A stretch of 64,000 bases of DNA, from NCBI RefSeq assembly GCF_044704955.1, contig NW_027250725.1:1-64000 (forward strand), read 5' to 3'. The translations under genes were made by a program, and so were the position numbers. Below are positions 38,212-51,072 of the stretch, in pieces. This DNA is from Pristiophorus japonicus (Eukaryota). The notes beneath the pieces were generated by a model, which saw only the letters and a list, made by a program, of their open reading frames with translations, was not told where the DNA came from and did not search any database. Every line of letters starts with the position of its first letter. Position 1 is the first letter of the stretch.

Positions 38212-38250
38212 GGATATTGTACAGCTTCTGCACTGGAAGCTATCACTGTG
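38212..38250 (-). promoter_or_regulatory. 23-bp-spacer RSS (J) with degenerate nonamer
   Basis: GGATATTGT, 23 nt, CACTGTG (consensus nonamer GGTTTTTGT). Confidence 0.88.
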
Positions 38251-38285
38251 GCTCACGTTCAGTAAAGGAACCAAGCTCAGACTGA
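38251..38285 (+). CDS. IGKJ: Ig kappa-type J segment
   Basis: LTFSKGTKLRL with a phase-1 donor A|GTAAGT that matches the C exon phase; FGxG altered to FSKG. Confidence 0.92.
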
Positions 38286-38399
38286 GTAAGTAAACCCCAA
38301 TGCTCCGTTATTAACACTTTAAATACTGAATCTTTCCAAGACACAAATGCTGAATATGCGAAGGTGTTAGTTTACATATGATTACACTCGAGCCTCCCG

Positions 38400-38825
38400 T
38401 CTTTTCTCATCTAAATCTATCAGCATATTCCCTTCTCCCTCATATCCCTGTCTAGCCTCCCCTTAAATACATCGATACTATTCACTTCAATCACTCCCTG
38501 TGGTAGCCAGTTCCACATTCCCACCACTCGCTGGGTAAAGAATTTTCTCCTGAATTCCCGATTGGATTTCTTGCTGACTATCTTATATTGATGGCCTCTA
38601 GTTCTGCTCTTCCCCACAAGTGGAAACACTCTCTCTGTATCCACTCTATCAAAACCTTTCCTCATGTTAAAGAACTCGATCAGGTCACCCCTCAGCCTCA
38701 AGAGAAAAGAGCCCCAGCCTGTTCATCCTTTCCTGATATGTACACCCTCGCATTTCTAGTCCCATCCTTGTAAACCTTCACTGCACCCTCTCCAGTGCCT
38801 GTGTATGGGTTATATAATATGGTGG
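38400..38825 (-). mobile_element. CR1 3' fragment in the J-C intron
   Basis: ORF 38420-38701 RLRGDLIE..QRVVGMWN. Confidence 0.8.
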
Positions 38826-39631
38826 AGAGCTGCGGTGAATGAAAGGGTTAATTGAAGAGTGCTGTGTATGACAGGGAGCCCGGCTGTGTTCCTTTACCCA
38901 CACTCCCCCTTCACCCAGCAAAGTATAAGTAACGAACTGTTACCCACCGTGTGGAGGAGATCTGGACGTTGGCACACTGCGGTCCCATCCCTGCACCATC
39001 CCCGGAAATCGGTCCCGAGCCTCCTGCCTGTCTCAGTGTGACAGACACGGTGTGTGAGACACGGGCAGAGTGTGGGTGTGAGTGAGTGAGCTCGCTGGGG
39101 GCAGTCTGTGCTCCTGTCACAGTCTCTGATATAACTGAGCTCAGCCTCAGCACACTGACACTCCCGAGGTCCCGCCTCCCCCAGCTCCAACTCTGATCTG
39201 TCCAGCCCCCGCTCACCTCCTGTCCAACTTCTGATCACAAACAGGGGCAGCAGGGCTCGCAATCCGGCGGCTGCAGTGCTCCAGGGTTGTGGGGAGACTC
39301 TCAGTTGCTGTTTCTGTGGCTCGAGTTCAGCATGATATTTATCCCGCAACCTACATCGCTTAAAAATCTCAATTACCTCATTGTTGTGTGTGGGAGCTTG
39401 CTGTGCACAAATTGGTTGCCGTGTTTCCCACATTACAACAATGACCGCACTTCAAAAATGTACTTCATTGGCTGTGAAGCACTTTGAAAAATCTTGAGGT
39501 GTGAAAGGCGCTATATAAATGCAGGTCTTTCTTTAATTTCTCTTTTCTTTTTATTAACTGGGACTCGCACAATTCCCCTGCTGATTAAACCTGGACCCAG
39601 CAGAAAATCCCCAGATCACGGACTAACGTTC

Positions 39632-40090
39632 CATAAGAACATGGGAATTAGGAGCAGGAGGAGTCCATTCGGCCCCTCGAGCCTGCTCCGCCATTCAATG
39701 AGATCATGGCTGATCTTCTACCTCAACTCCACTTTCCTGCACTGTCCCCATATCCCTCGATTCCCTTAATATCCAAAAATCTATCGATCTTCGGAATATT
39801 CTCAAGGACTGAGCCTCCACAGCCCTCTGGGGTAGAGAATTCCAGAGATTCACCACCCTCTGAGTGAAGAAGTTTCTCCTCATCTCAGTCCTGAATGGCC
39901 GACCCCTTATTCTGAGACTGTGACCCCTGGTTCTAGACTCCCCAGCCAGAGGAAGCATTCTCCCTGCATCTACCCCGTCAAGCCCTGTCAGAATTTTGTA
40001 CGTTTCAATGGGATCCCCTCTCTTTCTTATAAACACTAGAGAATATAGGCCTAGTCTATTCAATCTCTCCATTGGACAATCCCCCATCCC
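39632..40090 (-). mobile_element. CR1 3' fragment
   Basis: ORF 39704-40087. Confidence 0.8.
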
Positions 40091-40338
40091 AGATGTCCGC
40101 CTGATGTGTCTGCGTGTTTGTCACATATGACGGAGCAGACAGCAGGAGTTCCACCAGCAACACAGGACGTTACCTCAGTGCCCGGCCCATTTTCCCCATC
40201 CACTTACCTCATTCTTACAGGTAAACGGGCTCAGCACCTGCCCTCGGCCGGTGAAATGTCTCCCCTCTACACCACAGGCTGCCTGTGATCTGTTCCCCAT
40301 CTCACTCCTGAAGGCACTACCTCTGGGGCACAGCTCCC

Positions 40339-40564
40339 CTCCCCAAGTGTGCTCACTGTTCCAGTGTGAGCCCAGAGACTGAGCTCCCCAAGTGGGCTCA
40401 CTGTCCCAGTGTGAGCCCAGAGACTGAGCTCCCCAAGTGGCCTCATTGTCCCAGTGTGAGCCCAGAGACTGAGCTCCCCAAGTGGGCTCACTGTCCCAGT
40501 GTGAGCCCAGAGACTGAGCTCCCCAAGTGGGCTCACTGTCCCAGTGTGAGCCCAGAGACTGAGC
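40339..40564. repeat. 45-bp minisatellite (about 5 copies) in the J-C intron
   Basis: Unit ctcactgtcccagtgtgagcccagagactgagctccccaagtggg. Confidence 0.9.
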
Positions 40565-40919
40565 GTGTCAGGCTAATCGACCGTGAGGTGTCAATCGTGG
40601 CTCAGTCACTAGCACGCTCGGCTCTGAGAAAAGAAAGACTTGCATTTATATAGTGCCTTTCATGACCACCAGACTACCCAAAATGCTTTACAGCCAATGA
40701 AATACTTTTTGGAGTATAGTCACTGTTGTAATGTAGGAAATGCAGCAGCTAATTTGTGCACAGTAAGCTCCCACAAACAGCAATGTGATAATGACAAAAT
40801 AAACTGATTTTGTTTTGTTGATTAAGGAATAAATATTGGCCAGGACACCGGAGTGGGATTTGAATTCACAATTTTTAACTCAGAAGCGAGGGTGCTACCA
40901 ACTGAGCCACTTGCTGACA

Positions 40920-43900
40920 CCATTCAGCCCAGCCTCTGTGCCGGCCAACAAAGAGCTATCCAACCTAATCCCACTTTCCAGCTCTTGGTCCGTAGCCCTG
41001 TGGGTTACGGCACTTGAAGTGCACATCCAAGTACTTCTTAAATGTGGTGAGGGTTTCTGCCTCGACCTCCCTTTCAGGCAGTGAGTTCCAGACCCCCACC
41101 ACCTTCTGGGGGAAAATATTTCTCCTCAACTTCCCTCTACCCACACCTTAAATCTATATCACCTGGTTGTTGACCTCTCTATTAAGGGAAATCGGTCCAT
41201 CCTAGCCACTCTATCTAGGCCCCTCATAATGTTATACACCTCAATTAAATCTCCCCTCAGCCTCCCCTGCTCCAAAGAAAATAACCTCAGCCAATCCAAT
41301 CTTTCCTCATCGCTAAAAATTTCCAGTCCTGGGAACATTCTTGTAAATTTCCTCTGTATCCTCTGTGGTGCAATCACACATTTCCTGTAATGTGGTGACC
41401 AGAACTGCACACAGTGCTCTTCCTCTGGTCTAAATAGTGTTTTATACAATTATAGCATAACTTCCCTGCTCTTGTATTCCATGCCGCGACTAATAAAGTC
41501 AAGTATTCCGTATGTCTTCTTAACCATCTTATCGACCTGGCCTACTACCTTCAAGGATCTGTGGACCTGCATTCCAGTGTCCCATTATTCCTCTACACTT
41601 CTCAGTGTCCTACCATTTAATGTTTATTCCCTTGCCTTGTTAGCCCTCCCCAAATGCATTACCTCACAGTTCTCTGGATTGAATTCCATTTGCCACTGTT
41701 CTACCCACCTGACCAGTCCATTGATATCTTCCTGCTGTCCACAGCTTTCTTCCTCACTACCAACCGCACGGCCAGTTTATGTATCATCTGCAAACTTCTT
41801 AATCATAGAAAAATAGAAACATAGAAAATAGGTGCAGGAGTAGGCCATTCGGCCCTTCGAGCCTGCAACACCATTCAATAAGATCATGGCTGATCATTCC
41901 CTCAGTATCTCTTTCCTGCTTTCTCTCCATACCCCTTGTCTCATTGATGTACATTGTAAAGAGCTGGGGTCCCAGCACTGAGCCCTGCGGCACTCCACTA
42001 GTCACTGCCTGTCATTCTGAAAAGGACCCGTTTATCCCAACTCTCTGCTTCCTGTCTGCCAACCAGTTCTCTATCCACATCAGTATATTACCCCACATAC
42101 CACGTGCTTTGATTTTGCACACCAATCTCTTGTGTGGAACCTTGTAGGGGATCATGTCCCCGACGTTGAAGTAGAAACATATAAACATTGAAAATAGGTG
42201 CCGGAGTAGGCCATTCGGCCCGTCGAGACTGCAACACCATTCAATATGACCGTGGCTGATCATGCACTTCAGTACCCCATTCTGGCTTTCTCTCCATACC
42301 CCTTGATCCCTTTAGCCGTAAGGGCCACATCGAACTCCCTTTTGCATATATCTAACGAATTGGCCTCAACAATTTTCTGTGGTCGAGAATTCCACATGCT
42401 CAGAACTCTCTGAGTGAAGAAGTTTCTCCTCATCTCGGTCTTAAATGGCTTACCCGTTATCCTTCGACTGTAACCCTTGGTTCTGGACTTCCCCAACATC
42501 GGGAACATTCTTCCTGCATCTAACCTGTCCAATCCCGTCTGAATTTTATATGTTTCTATGAGATCCCCTCTCATTCTTCTAAATTCCATTGAATATAAGC
42601 CTAAATCATTGGTGTATATTACAAAGAACAAGGGACTTAGTACTGAGCCCTGTGGCACCCCACTCGAAACAACCTTCCAGTCAAAAAACACCCGTTGACC
42701 ATTACCCTTTGCTTCCTGCCACTGAGCCAATTTTGGATCCAACTTGCCACTTTTCCTTGGATCCCATAGGCTTTTACTTTTCTGCCACGTGAGACTTTGC
42801 CAAAAGCCTTGCAAAAATCCATGTATACTACATCAAAGGTGCAACACTCATCGACCCTCCTTGTTATCTCCGCAAAAAATTCAATCAAGTTAGTCAGGCA
42901 CGACCTTCCCTGAACAAATCCGTGCTGACTGTCCTTGATTAATCCGTCCCTTTCTATCTGACAATTTATCCTCTTCCTCAGAATTGTTTCTAATAATTTT
43001 CCCACCACTGAGGTTGAGCTGACTGGCCTGTAATTACTCGGTCTATCTCTTTCTCCGTTTTGAAACAAAGGTACTACGTTAACAGTCCTCCAGTCTTATG
43101 ACACCACACCTGTAGCTAGAGAGGATTGGAAAATGATGGTCAGAGCCTCCGCTACTTCCTCCCTTGCTTCTCTCAACAACCTGGGATACATTTCATCCAG
43201 GCCTGGTATTTATCCACTTTCAAAGCTGCTAAGCCCCTTAATACTTCCTCTCTCACTATGTTTATCTCATCTAATATTCACACTTCTCCTCAATTACAAT
43301 GTCTGCATCGTCCCTCTCTTCTGTGAAGACAGATGCAAAGTATTCACGAAGAACCATACCCACATTTTCCGCCTCCACACACAGGTTACCTTTTTGTTCT
43401 CCAATAGGCCCAACTCTTTTCTTAGTTATCCTCTTGCTCTTTACGTATTTAAAAAACATCTTTGAGTTTTCCTTGATTTTACTTGCCAATATTTTTTCAT
43501 GCCTTCTCTTTGCATTCCTAATTTCCTTTTCAATTTCACCCCAGGACTTTCTATACACCTCTGGGCTTTCTGCAGTATTTAGCTCTGGATATCTGACATA
43601 AGCGTCCCTTTTTTGCCTTATCCTACCCTGTATGCCCTTCGACATCCAGGGGGCTCTAGATTTGGGAGTGCCACCCTTTTCCTTTGTGGGAACATACTTG
43701 CTCTGAACCCTCACTATCTTCCCCTTGAATGCCTCCCACTGCCCTGACACTGATTTACCTTCAAGTAGCTGTTTCCAGCCCACTTTTGCTAAATCACCTC
43801 TCAGCTGAGTAAAATGGGCCTTTCCACAATTGAGAACCTTTATTCCTGCTCGATCTTTGTCCTTTTCCATAACTACCCTAAATCTAACTGAATTATGATC

Positions 43901-44270
43901 ACGAGCATCAAAATGCTCTCCCACTGATACCCCTTCCACCTGCCCAGCTTCATTCCCTAAAACTAAGCCCAGAACCGCCCCCTCCCTTGTTGGGCTTGCT
44001 ACGTACTGGCTATAAAAGTTCTCCTGAATGCATTTGAAGAATTCTGCGCCCTCTATTCCATCCCAGTTAATGTGAGGGGAGTTGAAATCCCCGACGATTG
44101 CTGCCCGATTGTTTTTGACCTTCTCAGCAATTTGCTGACATATTTTCTCTTCTATCTCCCTCTGACTGTTGAGGGGTCTATAGTACACTCCCAGCAGTGT
44201 GATCGCCCCTTTTATGTTTATCAGTTTAACCCATATGGCCTCATTTGATGATCCTTCTAACATATCCTCC
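40920..44270 (-). mobile_element. CR1 ORF2 remnant with two nested CR1 fragments (about 41806-42598)
   Basis: ORFs 43271-44263 (endonuclease), 42637-43068 and 41159-41449; tails tttctatgtttcta at 41810 and 42172. Confidence 0.85.
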
Positions 44271-45470
44271 AGAGTTGCCGTCTTTCAGATGAGACGTTAA
44301 ACCGAAGTTCCGTCTGCCCTCTCAGGTGGACATGAAAGATCTCATAATCACTATTGGAAGGGCAATATTTATCCCACAACCAACATAGTTAAAACCGATG
44401 ATCTGATCATGATCTTATTGCAGTCTGGGAGCTTCATAGAATCAGATAAATTTACAGCATGAAAGGAGGCCATTCAGCCCATCGTGTCCACACCGGCCGA
44501 CAAAGATCTATCCAGCCTAATCCCACTTTCCAGCTCTTGGTCCATAGCCCTGTGGGTTACGGCACTTTACGTGCATATCCAAGTACTTTTTAAATGTGGT
44601 GAGGGTTTCTGCCTCTACCACCCTTTCAGGCAGTGAGTTCCAGACCCCCACCACGCTCTGGGTGAAGACATGTCCCCTCAAATCCCCTCTAAACCTCCCA
44701 CCAATTACTTTAAATCTATGCCTTGGTTGTTGACCCCTCTGCTAATGGAAATAGATCCTTCATATCCGCTCTATCTAGGCCCCTCATAAGTTTATACACC
44801 TCAATAAGGTCTCCCCTCAGCCTCCTCTGTTCCAAAGAAAAGAAACCCAGCCTATCCAATCTTTCCTCATGGCTCAAATTTTCCAGTCCAGGCAACATCC
44901 TCGTAAATCTTCCTGTGTGCAATTGGTTATAAAGCACCTTGGGACATCCTGAGGTTGCGAAAGGCGCTATATAAATTCAAAGGCTTTCTTTCATTGAAGT
45001 GGGAGGGCCCTGATCCTGACCCTCGCCCATTGTCCGCGCACTCTGATCTTCCAGGAGGTCATGGGATCATTGGGAGCAGTGACCCTGCCTGACCCCGGAA
45101 CATTGAGGCTAATTGTAGCCTCACCCTTGACCTCACCGCAGTGCTAGGCAGCAAGCTTTTAAATGCAATCTAGAAGCTTCTACACCGACCCCCAACATGA
45201 AGCCTTGCTGAAGTGTGTTTATGCAAGTGTGCCGCAATGTTCCCGGATAAAGTTCTCCCGATCTGTGTGTGATCTGAGCTTTCTCACTGCTGAGCCTGTT
45301 TCCCCTGTATCCACCCATCTACAGTTCGAGCTTCCTGCCAGTGAACAGCGTCTTAACGGGACACTCTGTCTTTACCGACCCTTACTGTTAATTAACCATT
45401 TCAGTGCTGAATGTGTGCCAACCCTGCACTGCAGATGTTTACACAATAGTCCAATATGATTTTGAGTATC

Positions 45471-45955
45471 TGCCGTGGCTCAGTGCGTTGCACTCTCGCC
45501 TCGGAGTCAGATGGTTGTGGGTTCAAATCCCACTCCAGGGACTCGAGCACAAAAATCTAGGCTGACATTCCAGTGCAGTGCTGAGGGGACACTGCACTGT
45601 CGGAGGTCCTGTCTTTCAGATGAGACGTTAAACCGAGGCCCCGTCTGCTCTCTGAGGTGGATGTAAAAGATCACATGCCACTATTTCGAAGAAGAGCAGG
45701 GGAGTTCTCCCCGGTGTCCTGGTTGATATTTAACCCTCAACAAATATGACAAAAGAAAAGATTATCAGGTCATTATCACATTGCTGTTTGTGGGAGCTTG
45801 TTGTGCGCAGATTGGCTGCTGTGTTCAGATTGGCTGCTGTGTTTCTCACATTAAAACAGTGACTACACTCGAAAAGTACTTCATTGGCTGTAAAGCGTTT
45901 GAGATGTACGGTGGTTGTGAAGGGCGCTATATAAATGCAAGCCTATCTTTTTTTT
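45471..45955 (+). mobile_element. tRNA-derived SINE (HE1-like)
   Basis: A box tggctcagtg, B box ggttcaaatcc, L2-type tail gcgctatataaatgcaag. Confidence 0.8.
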
Positions 45956-46189
45956 TAATCACCTTAACATCAAACGCATTTATATTTAGATTAAACGTAT
46001 CAAGCGAGGCAAAGAAGATTAAGAATTAGTGTTGCTCACCTCTAATGGTTAATCACCAGCCAGGAGTTCATTAACCCAGGTCTCCGTTATCAGATGTGAA
46101 TTATCCACACACGGAAACACCCACAGAGACACACACACACACACACACACTAATATACACCTATTAAACATCATTCTCCGCCCTTTCAG

Positions 46190-46518
46190 AACGAGGGAAG
46201 ACAACACCCACGCTGACCCTGCTGCCCCCCTCCCCGGAGGAGGTCACGACCAAGGGCACTGCCACCCTGGTGTGCCTCGCCGATCACTTCTACCCCGATG
46301 CGGTGGAGGTGGAGTGGAAGAAGGACGGGGCGACCATTTCGGCCGGGGTCCAGACCAGCGACTACCTGCGAGCTTCGGACAACACCTACAGTGTCAGCAG
46401 CCTGCTGACCCTCTCTGGCTCCGACTGGGAGTCCAACGCCAGCTTCTCCTGCAGCCTCACCCACGAGAGCCTCTCCTCTCCCCTCAGCAAGGGGGTCAGG
46501 AGAGCAGAATGTGCGTAG
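46190..46518 (+). CDS. IGKC: Ig kappa-type (type III/NS4-like) light-chain constant exon, intact
   Basis: Acceptor ctttcag; RGKTTPTLTLLPPSPEEV..ATLVC..FYP..W..FSC..TH..RAECA*; C1-set Cys/Trp and the penultimate interchain Cys are present. Confidence 0.95.
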
Positions 46519-47110
46519 TGTGTCAGGGACAGTCCGCGGGGGAGACACAACTTTAAATAGAACAGGGGGTAAGCCGGGAGGGCAAAGGTCATTGTCAGCA
46601 CTGCATTTCTACTCTCTTCCTTCTCAGGACTGGGTCAGGGAAAGCATCTGAGGGTCAGGGGATAAGGCACGTTATTGGGGCAGTGTCGAGGGAGCTTTAC
46701 TCTGTATCCAACCCGTGCTGTACCTGCCCTGGTAGTGTTTGATGGGACAGTGTAGAGGGAGCTTTACTCTGTATCTAACCCGTGCTGTACCTGCCCTGGG
46801 AGGGTTTGATGGGACAGTGTTGACTCGTGCTGCCAAATAAAACCTCTCGAAGATGCTGAAGACTGTCAGCAGAGTAAAACTAATGTTAAACTGCGAAGTG
46901 CCGCTTCAGTAAGCAGATCCCCTCCCTGCTCACCCTGCTGTTTCAATTCAAGGTTTTGTCCCCGTTTAAAGGGACAGGATTCTCACGGTGTGGAGAAAAT
47001 CCTCACAACTGTTTTAATAAAGCTGCATTCTCCCTGTGAATGTCTCCAGCTCGCTCTCACTGGGCTGTTTATTCAAGTCTTGTTTCTGTAAATGTGAATC
47101 TGTAAAAGGC

Positions 47111-47116
47111 AATAAA
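47111..47116 (+). promoter_or_regulatory. Candidate polyadenylation signal of IgL C
   Basis: AATAAA conserved with 2065-2070; further AATAAA at 46836 and 47016 are not conserved. Confidence 0.5.
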
Positions 47117-47623
47117 CGTGAAGAATATTCAGTCTGTGTCTGGCGAGTGCTTTGGAAATGTCCCACCTCCCCCTCAGCTGGATTGGCTGCATTTCAGTAA
47201 GTGTCTGTCCTGATTGGCTGGACGGGCTGTCAATCAATGGCAGGTCAGCAGGAGATTTGATTCAAAGCCAATTATCAATCATTTTAAAATGATCAATTTT
47301 ACCTCGAGCCCCTGGAGTGCACAAGATTAAACACAGAGACACTGAAAGCTGCTGGGATTAAACCCTCCCAGTCTGAGCATTGGCTCTCACTCTGCACACT
47401 GCGGGTGTTGGGGCAGCCCCCGATGGTGGGATCACACTGTGCACTCTGTGCTGACTGCTGGGGACAATCTGGGGGCAGGAGGCCACAGTCACAACGTTGC
47501 ATTCTCTCTCCTTAACGTGTGGCTCGTGGCAACAGAACAAAACTGTACCGAGTGAGGCCTCAGCTTAGGGAGAGGAGCAGTCAGTGTATCACCGTGTACA
47601 TGTCCCTGAGTGTTAGTGTGGCT

Positions 47624-47642
47624 TACCCAGCACTGCCTGTAG

Positions 47643-47680
<38 letters not shown>

Positions 47681-50061
47681 CTGTTACCCAGCACCGCCTG
47701 TAGAAACATAGAAATGCAGAAAATAGCTGCAGGAGAAGGCCATTCGACCCTTCGCGTCTACACCACCATTCAATAAGATCATGGCTGATCATTCCCTCAG
47801 TACCCCTTTCCTGCTTTCTCTCCATATCCCTTGATCCCTTTAGCCGTAAGAGTCATATCTAACTCCCTCTTGAATATATCTAACAAACTAGCCTCAACAA
47901 CTCTCTGTGGAAGAGAATTCCATTTGCTCACAACTCTCTGAGTGAAGAAGATTCTCCTCATCTCTGTCCTAAATGGCTTACCCCTTATCCTTAGACTGTG
48001 ACCCCTGGTTCTGGACTTCCCCAACATCGGGAACATTCTTCCTGCATCTAACCTGTCCAGTCCTGTCAGAATTTTATATGTTTCTATGAGATCCCGTCTC
48101 ATTCTTATTAACTCCAGTGAATACAGGCCCAGTTGATCCAATCGCTCCTCATATGTCAGTCCTGCCATCCCGGGAATCAGTCTGGTGAGCCTTCGCTGCA
48201 CTCCCTCAATAGCAAGAACATCTTTCCTCAGATTAGGAGAACAAAACTCAACACAATATTGCAGCTGAGGTCTCACCAAGGCTCTGTACAACTGCAGTAA
48301 GACCTCCCTGCTCCTGTACTCAAATCCCCTAGCTCTGAAGGCCAACATGCCATTTGCCTTCTTCACCGCCTGCTGTACCTGCTTGCTAACCTTCAATGAC
48401 TGTAATACCATGACATCCAGGTCTCGTTGCACCTCCACTTTTCCTAATCTGCCGCCATTCAGATAATATACTGCCTTCCTGTTTTTGGCACCAAAGTGGA
48501 TAACCTCACATTTATCCACATTATACTGCCTCTGCCATGCATTTGCCCACTCAACTAACCTGTCCAAGTCACCCTGCAACCTCTTAGCATCCTCCTCACA
48601 GCTCACACCGCCACCCAGTTTAGTGTCATCTGCAAACTTGGAGATATTACACTCAATTCCTTCATCTAAATCATTAATATATATTGTAAATAGCTGGGGT
48701 CCCAGCACTGAGCCCTGCGGCACCCCTGCCTGCCATTCTGAAAAGGACCCGTTTATCCCGACTCTCTGCTTCCTGTCTGCCAACAAGTTCTCTCTCCATG
48801 TCAGTATATCACCACATTACCACGTGCTTTAATTTTGCACACCAATCCCTTGTGTAGGACCTTGTCAAAAGTCTTTTGAAAGTCCAAATACACCACATCC
48901 ACAGGTTCCCCTTTGTCCACTCTACTCGTTACATCCTCAAACATTCCAGAAAATTTGTCAAGCTTGATTTCCCTTTCATAAATCCATGCTGACTTGGACT
49001 GATCTTGTCACTGATTTCCAAATGCGCTGCTATTTCATCTTAAGTAGGTGTTTGTGTGTGTCTGCCTGTTACCCAGCACTGTCTGAAGGTTGTGTGTGTG
49101 TGTATATGTGTGTGACTGTTACCCAGCACTGTCTGTAGGTGTGTGTGTGACTGTTACCCAGCACTGTTTGTAGGTGTGTGTGTGACTGTTACCCAGCACT
49201 GTTTGTAGGTTGTGTGTGTGTATGTGTGTGTGTGACTGTTACCCAACACTGTCTGTAGGTGTGTGTGTGTGTGTGACTGTTAGCCAGCACTGTCTGTAGG
49301 TGTGTGTGTGTGTGACTGTTACCCAGCATTGTTTGTAGGTTGTGTGTGTGTGTGACTGTTAGCCAGCACTGTCTGAAGGTTGTGTGTGTGTGTGTATGTG
49401 TGTGACTGTTACCCAGCACTGTCTGTAGATGTGTGTGTGATTGTTACCCAGCACTGTTTGTAGGTTGTGTGTGTGTATGTGTGTGTGACTTGTTACCCAA
49501 CACTGTCTGTAGGTGTGTGTGTGTGTGTGTGACTGTTACCCAGCACTGTTTGTAGGTTGTGTGTGTGTATGTGTGTGTGACTGTTACCCAGCACTGTCTG
49601 CAGGTGTGTGTGTGTGTGACTGTTAGCCAGCACTGTCTGTAGGTGTGTGTGTGACTGTTACCCAGCACTGTCTGTAGGTGTGTGTGTGTGTGTGACTGTT
49701 ACCCAGCACTGTTTGTAGGTTGTGTGTGTGTATGTGTGTGTGACTGTTACCCAACACTGTCTGTAGGTGTGTGTGTGTGTGACTGTTAGCCAGCACTGTT
49801 TGTAGGTTGTGTGTGTGTGTGACTGTTAGCCAGCACTGTTTGTAGGTTGTGTGTGTGTATGTGTGTGACTGTTACCCAGCACTGTCTGTAGGTGTGTGTG
49901 TGTGTGTGTGACTGTTAGCCAGCACTGTCTGTAGGTGTGTGTGTGTGTGTGACTGTTACCCAGCACTGTCTGTAGGTGTGTGTGTGTGTGTGACTGTTAC
50001 CCAGCACTGTTTGTAGGTTGTGTGTGTGTATGTGTGTGTGACTGTTACCCAACACTGTCTG

Positions 50062-50096
<35 letters not shown>

Positions 50097-50150
50097 CTGT
50101 TAGCCAGCACTGTCTGTAGGTGTGTGTGTGTGTGTGTGTATGTGACTGTC
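47624..50150. repeat. Compound minisatellite [gactgttacccagcactgtctgtaggt(gt)n], about 25 units, interrupted by a CR1
   Basis: Units at 47624-47703 and 49045-50150. Confidence 0.9.
47701..49042 (-). mobile_element. CR1 RT/3' end (329-aa open fragment)
   Basis: ORF 47797-48786 with GVPQGSVLGP and FADDTK. Confidence 0.9.
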
Positions 50151-50349
50151 ATGGCAGCCTGAGGATGCTCCAGCTCCTGGGGGGGCTCGGGGGTCAGTAG
50201 GGTAGGTGGAGGGGGGATCAGGGGGCGTGATAACCTCACATTTTCCCACATTATACTCCATCTGCCAACATTTTGCCCACTCACTTAGCCTGTCTATATC
50301 CATTTGCAGATTTTTTGTGTCCTCCTCACAATTTACTTTCCCACCCATC

Positions 50350-50856
50350 ATCAGAGGCAGTCCCTTGGAATCGAGGAAGACTTGCTTCCACTCTCAGAAT
50401 GAGTCCTTCGTTGGTTGAACAGTCCAATACGAGAACCACAGTCCCTGCCACAGCTGAGACAGATAGTCATTGAGGGTATGGGACAGGTTTGCTGCACGTT
50501 CCTTCTGCTGCCTGTGCTTGTTTTCTGCTTGCTCTCGGCGATGTGACTCGAGGTGCTCAGCACCTTGCCGGATACACTTCCTCCACTTAGGGTCTTTGAC
50601 CAGGGACTCCCAGATGTCAGTGGGGATGTTGCACTTTATCAGGAAGGATTTGCGGGTGTCCTTGTAACGTTCCTCTGCCCACCTTTGGCTTGATTGCGGT
50701 GAAGGACCTCCGAGTAGAGCGCTTGCTTTGGGAGTCTCGTGTCTGGCATGTGGACAATGTGGCCTGCCCAGCGGAGCTGATCAAGTGTGGTCAGTGCTTC
50801 AATGCTGAGAATGTTGACCTGGTCGAGGACACTAATGTTGGTGCATCTGTCCTCCC
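50350..50856 (-). mobile_element. RTE-type LINE 3' fragment, present only in the right arm
   Basis: ..CLSCGRDCGSRIGLF..; absent from the paralogous site near 1265. Confidence 0.7.
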
Positions 50857-51072
50857 AGCAAACTTGGCTACTTTACACTCAGTCCCTTCGTCATTAATAG
50901 AGATTGTAAATAATTGAGGCCCCAGCACCAATCCCTGTGGCACCTCACTAGTTACTGTTTGCCAACGAGAAAATTACCCATTTATACTGAATCTGTTTTC
51001 TGTTAGTTAGTCAATCCTCTATCCATGCTAATATATTACCCCCAACCCCATGAACTTTTATCTTGTGCCTTT

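Noticed and set aside
45471-45545. tRNA gene
   Set aside because: The A and B boxes belong to the SINE head; no full cloverleaf.
49045-50150. CRISPR-like look (constant repeat with variable spacers)
   Set aside because: Spacers are simple (GT)n tracts, the context is vertebrate, and there are no cas genes; it is a minisatellite.
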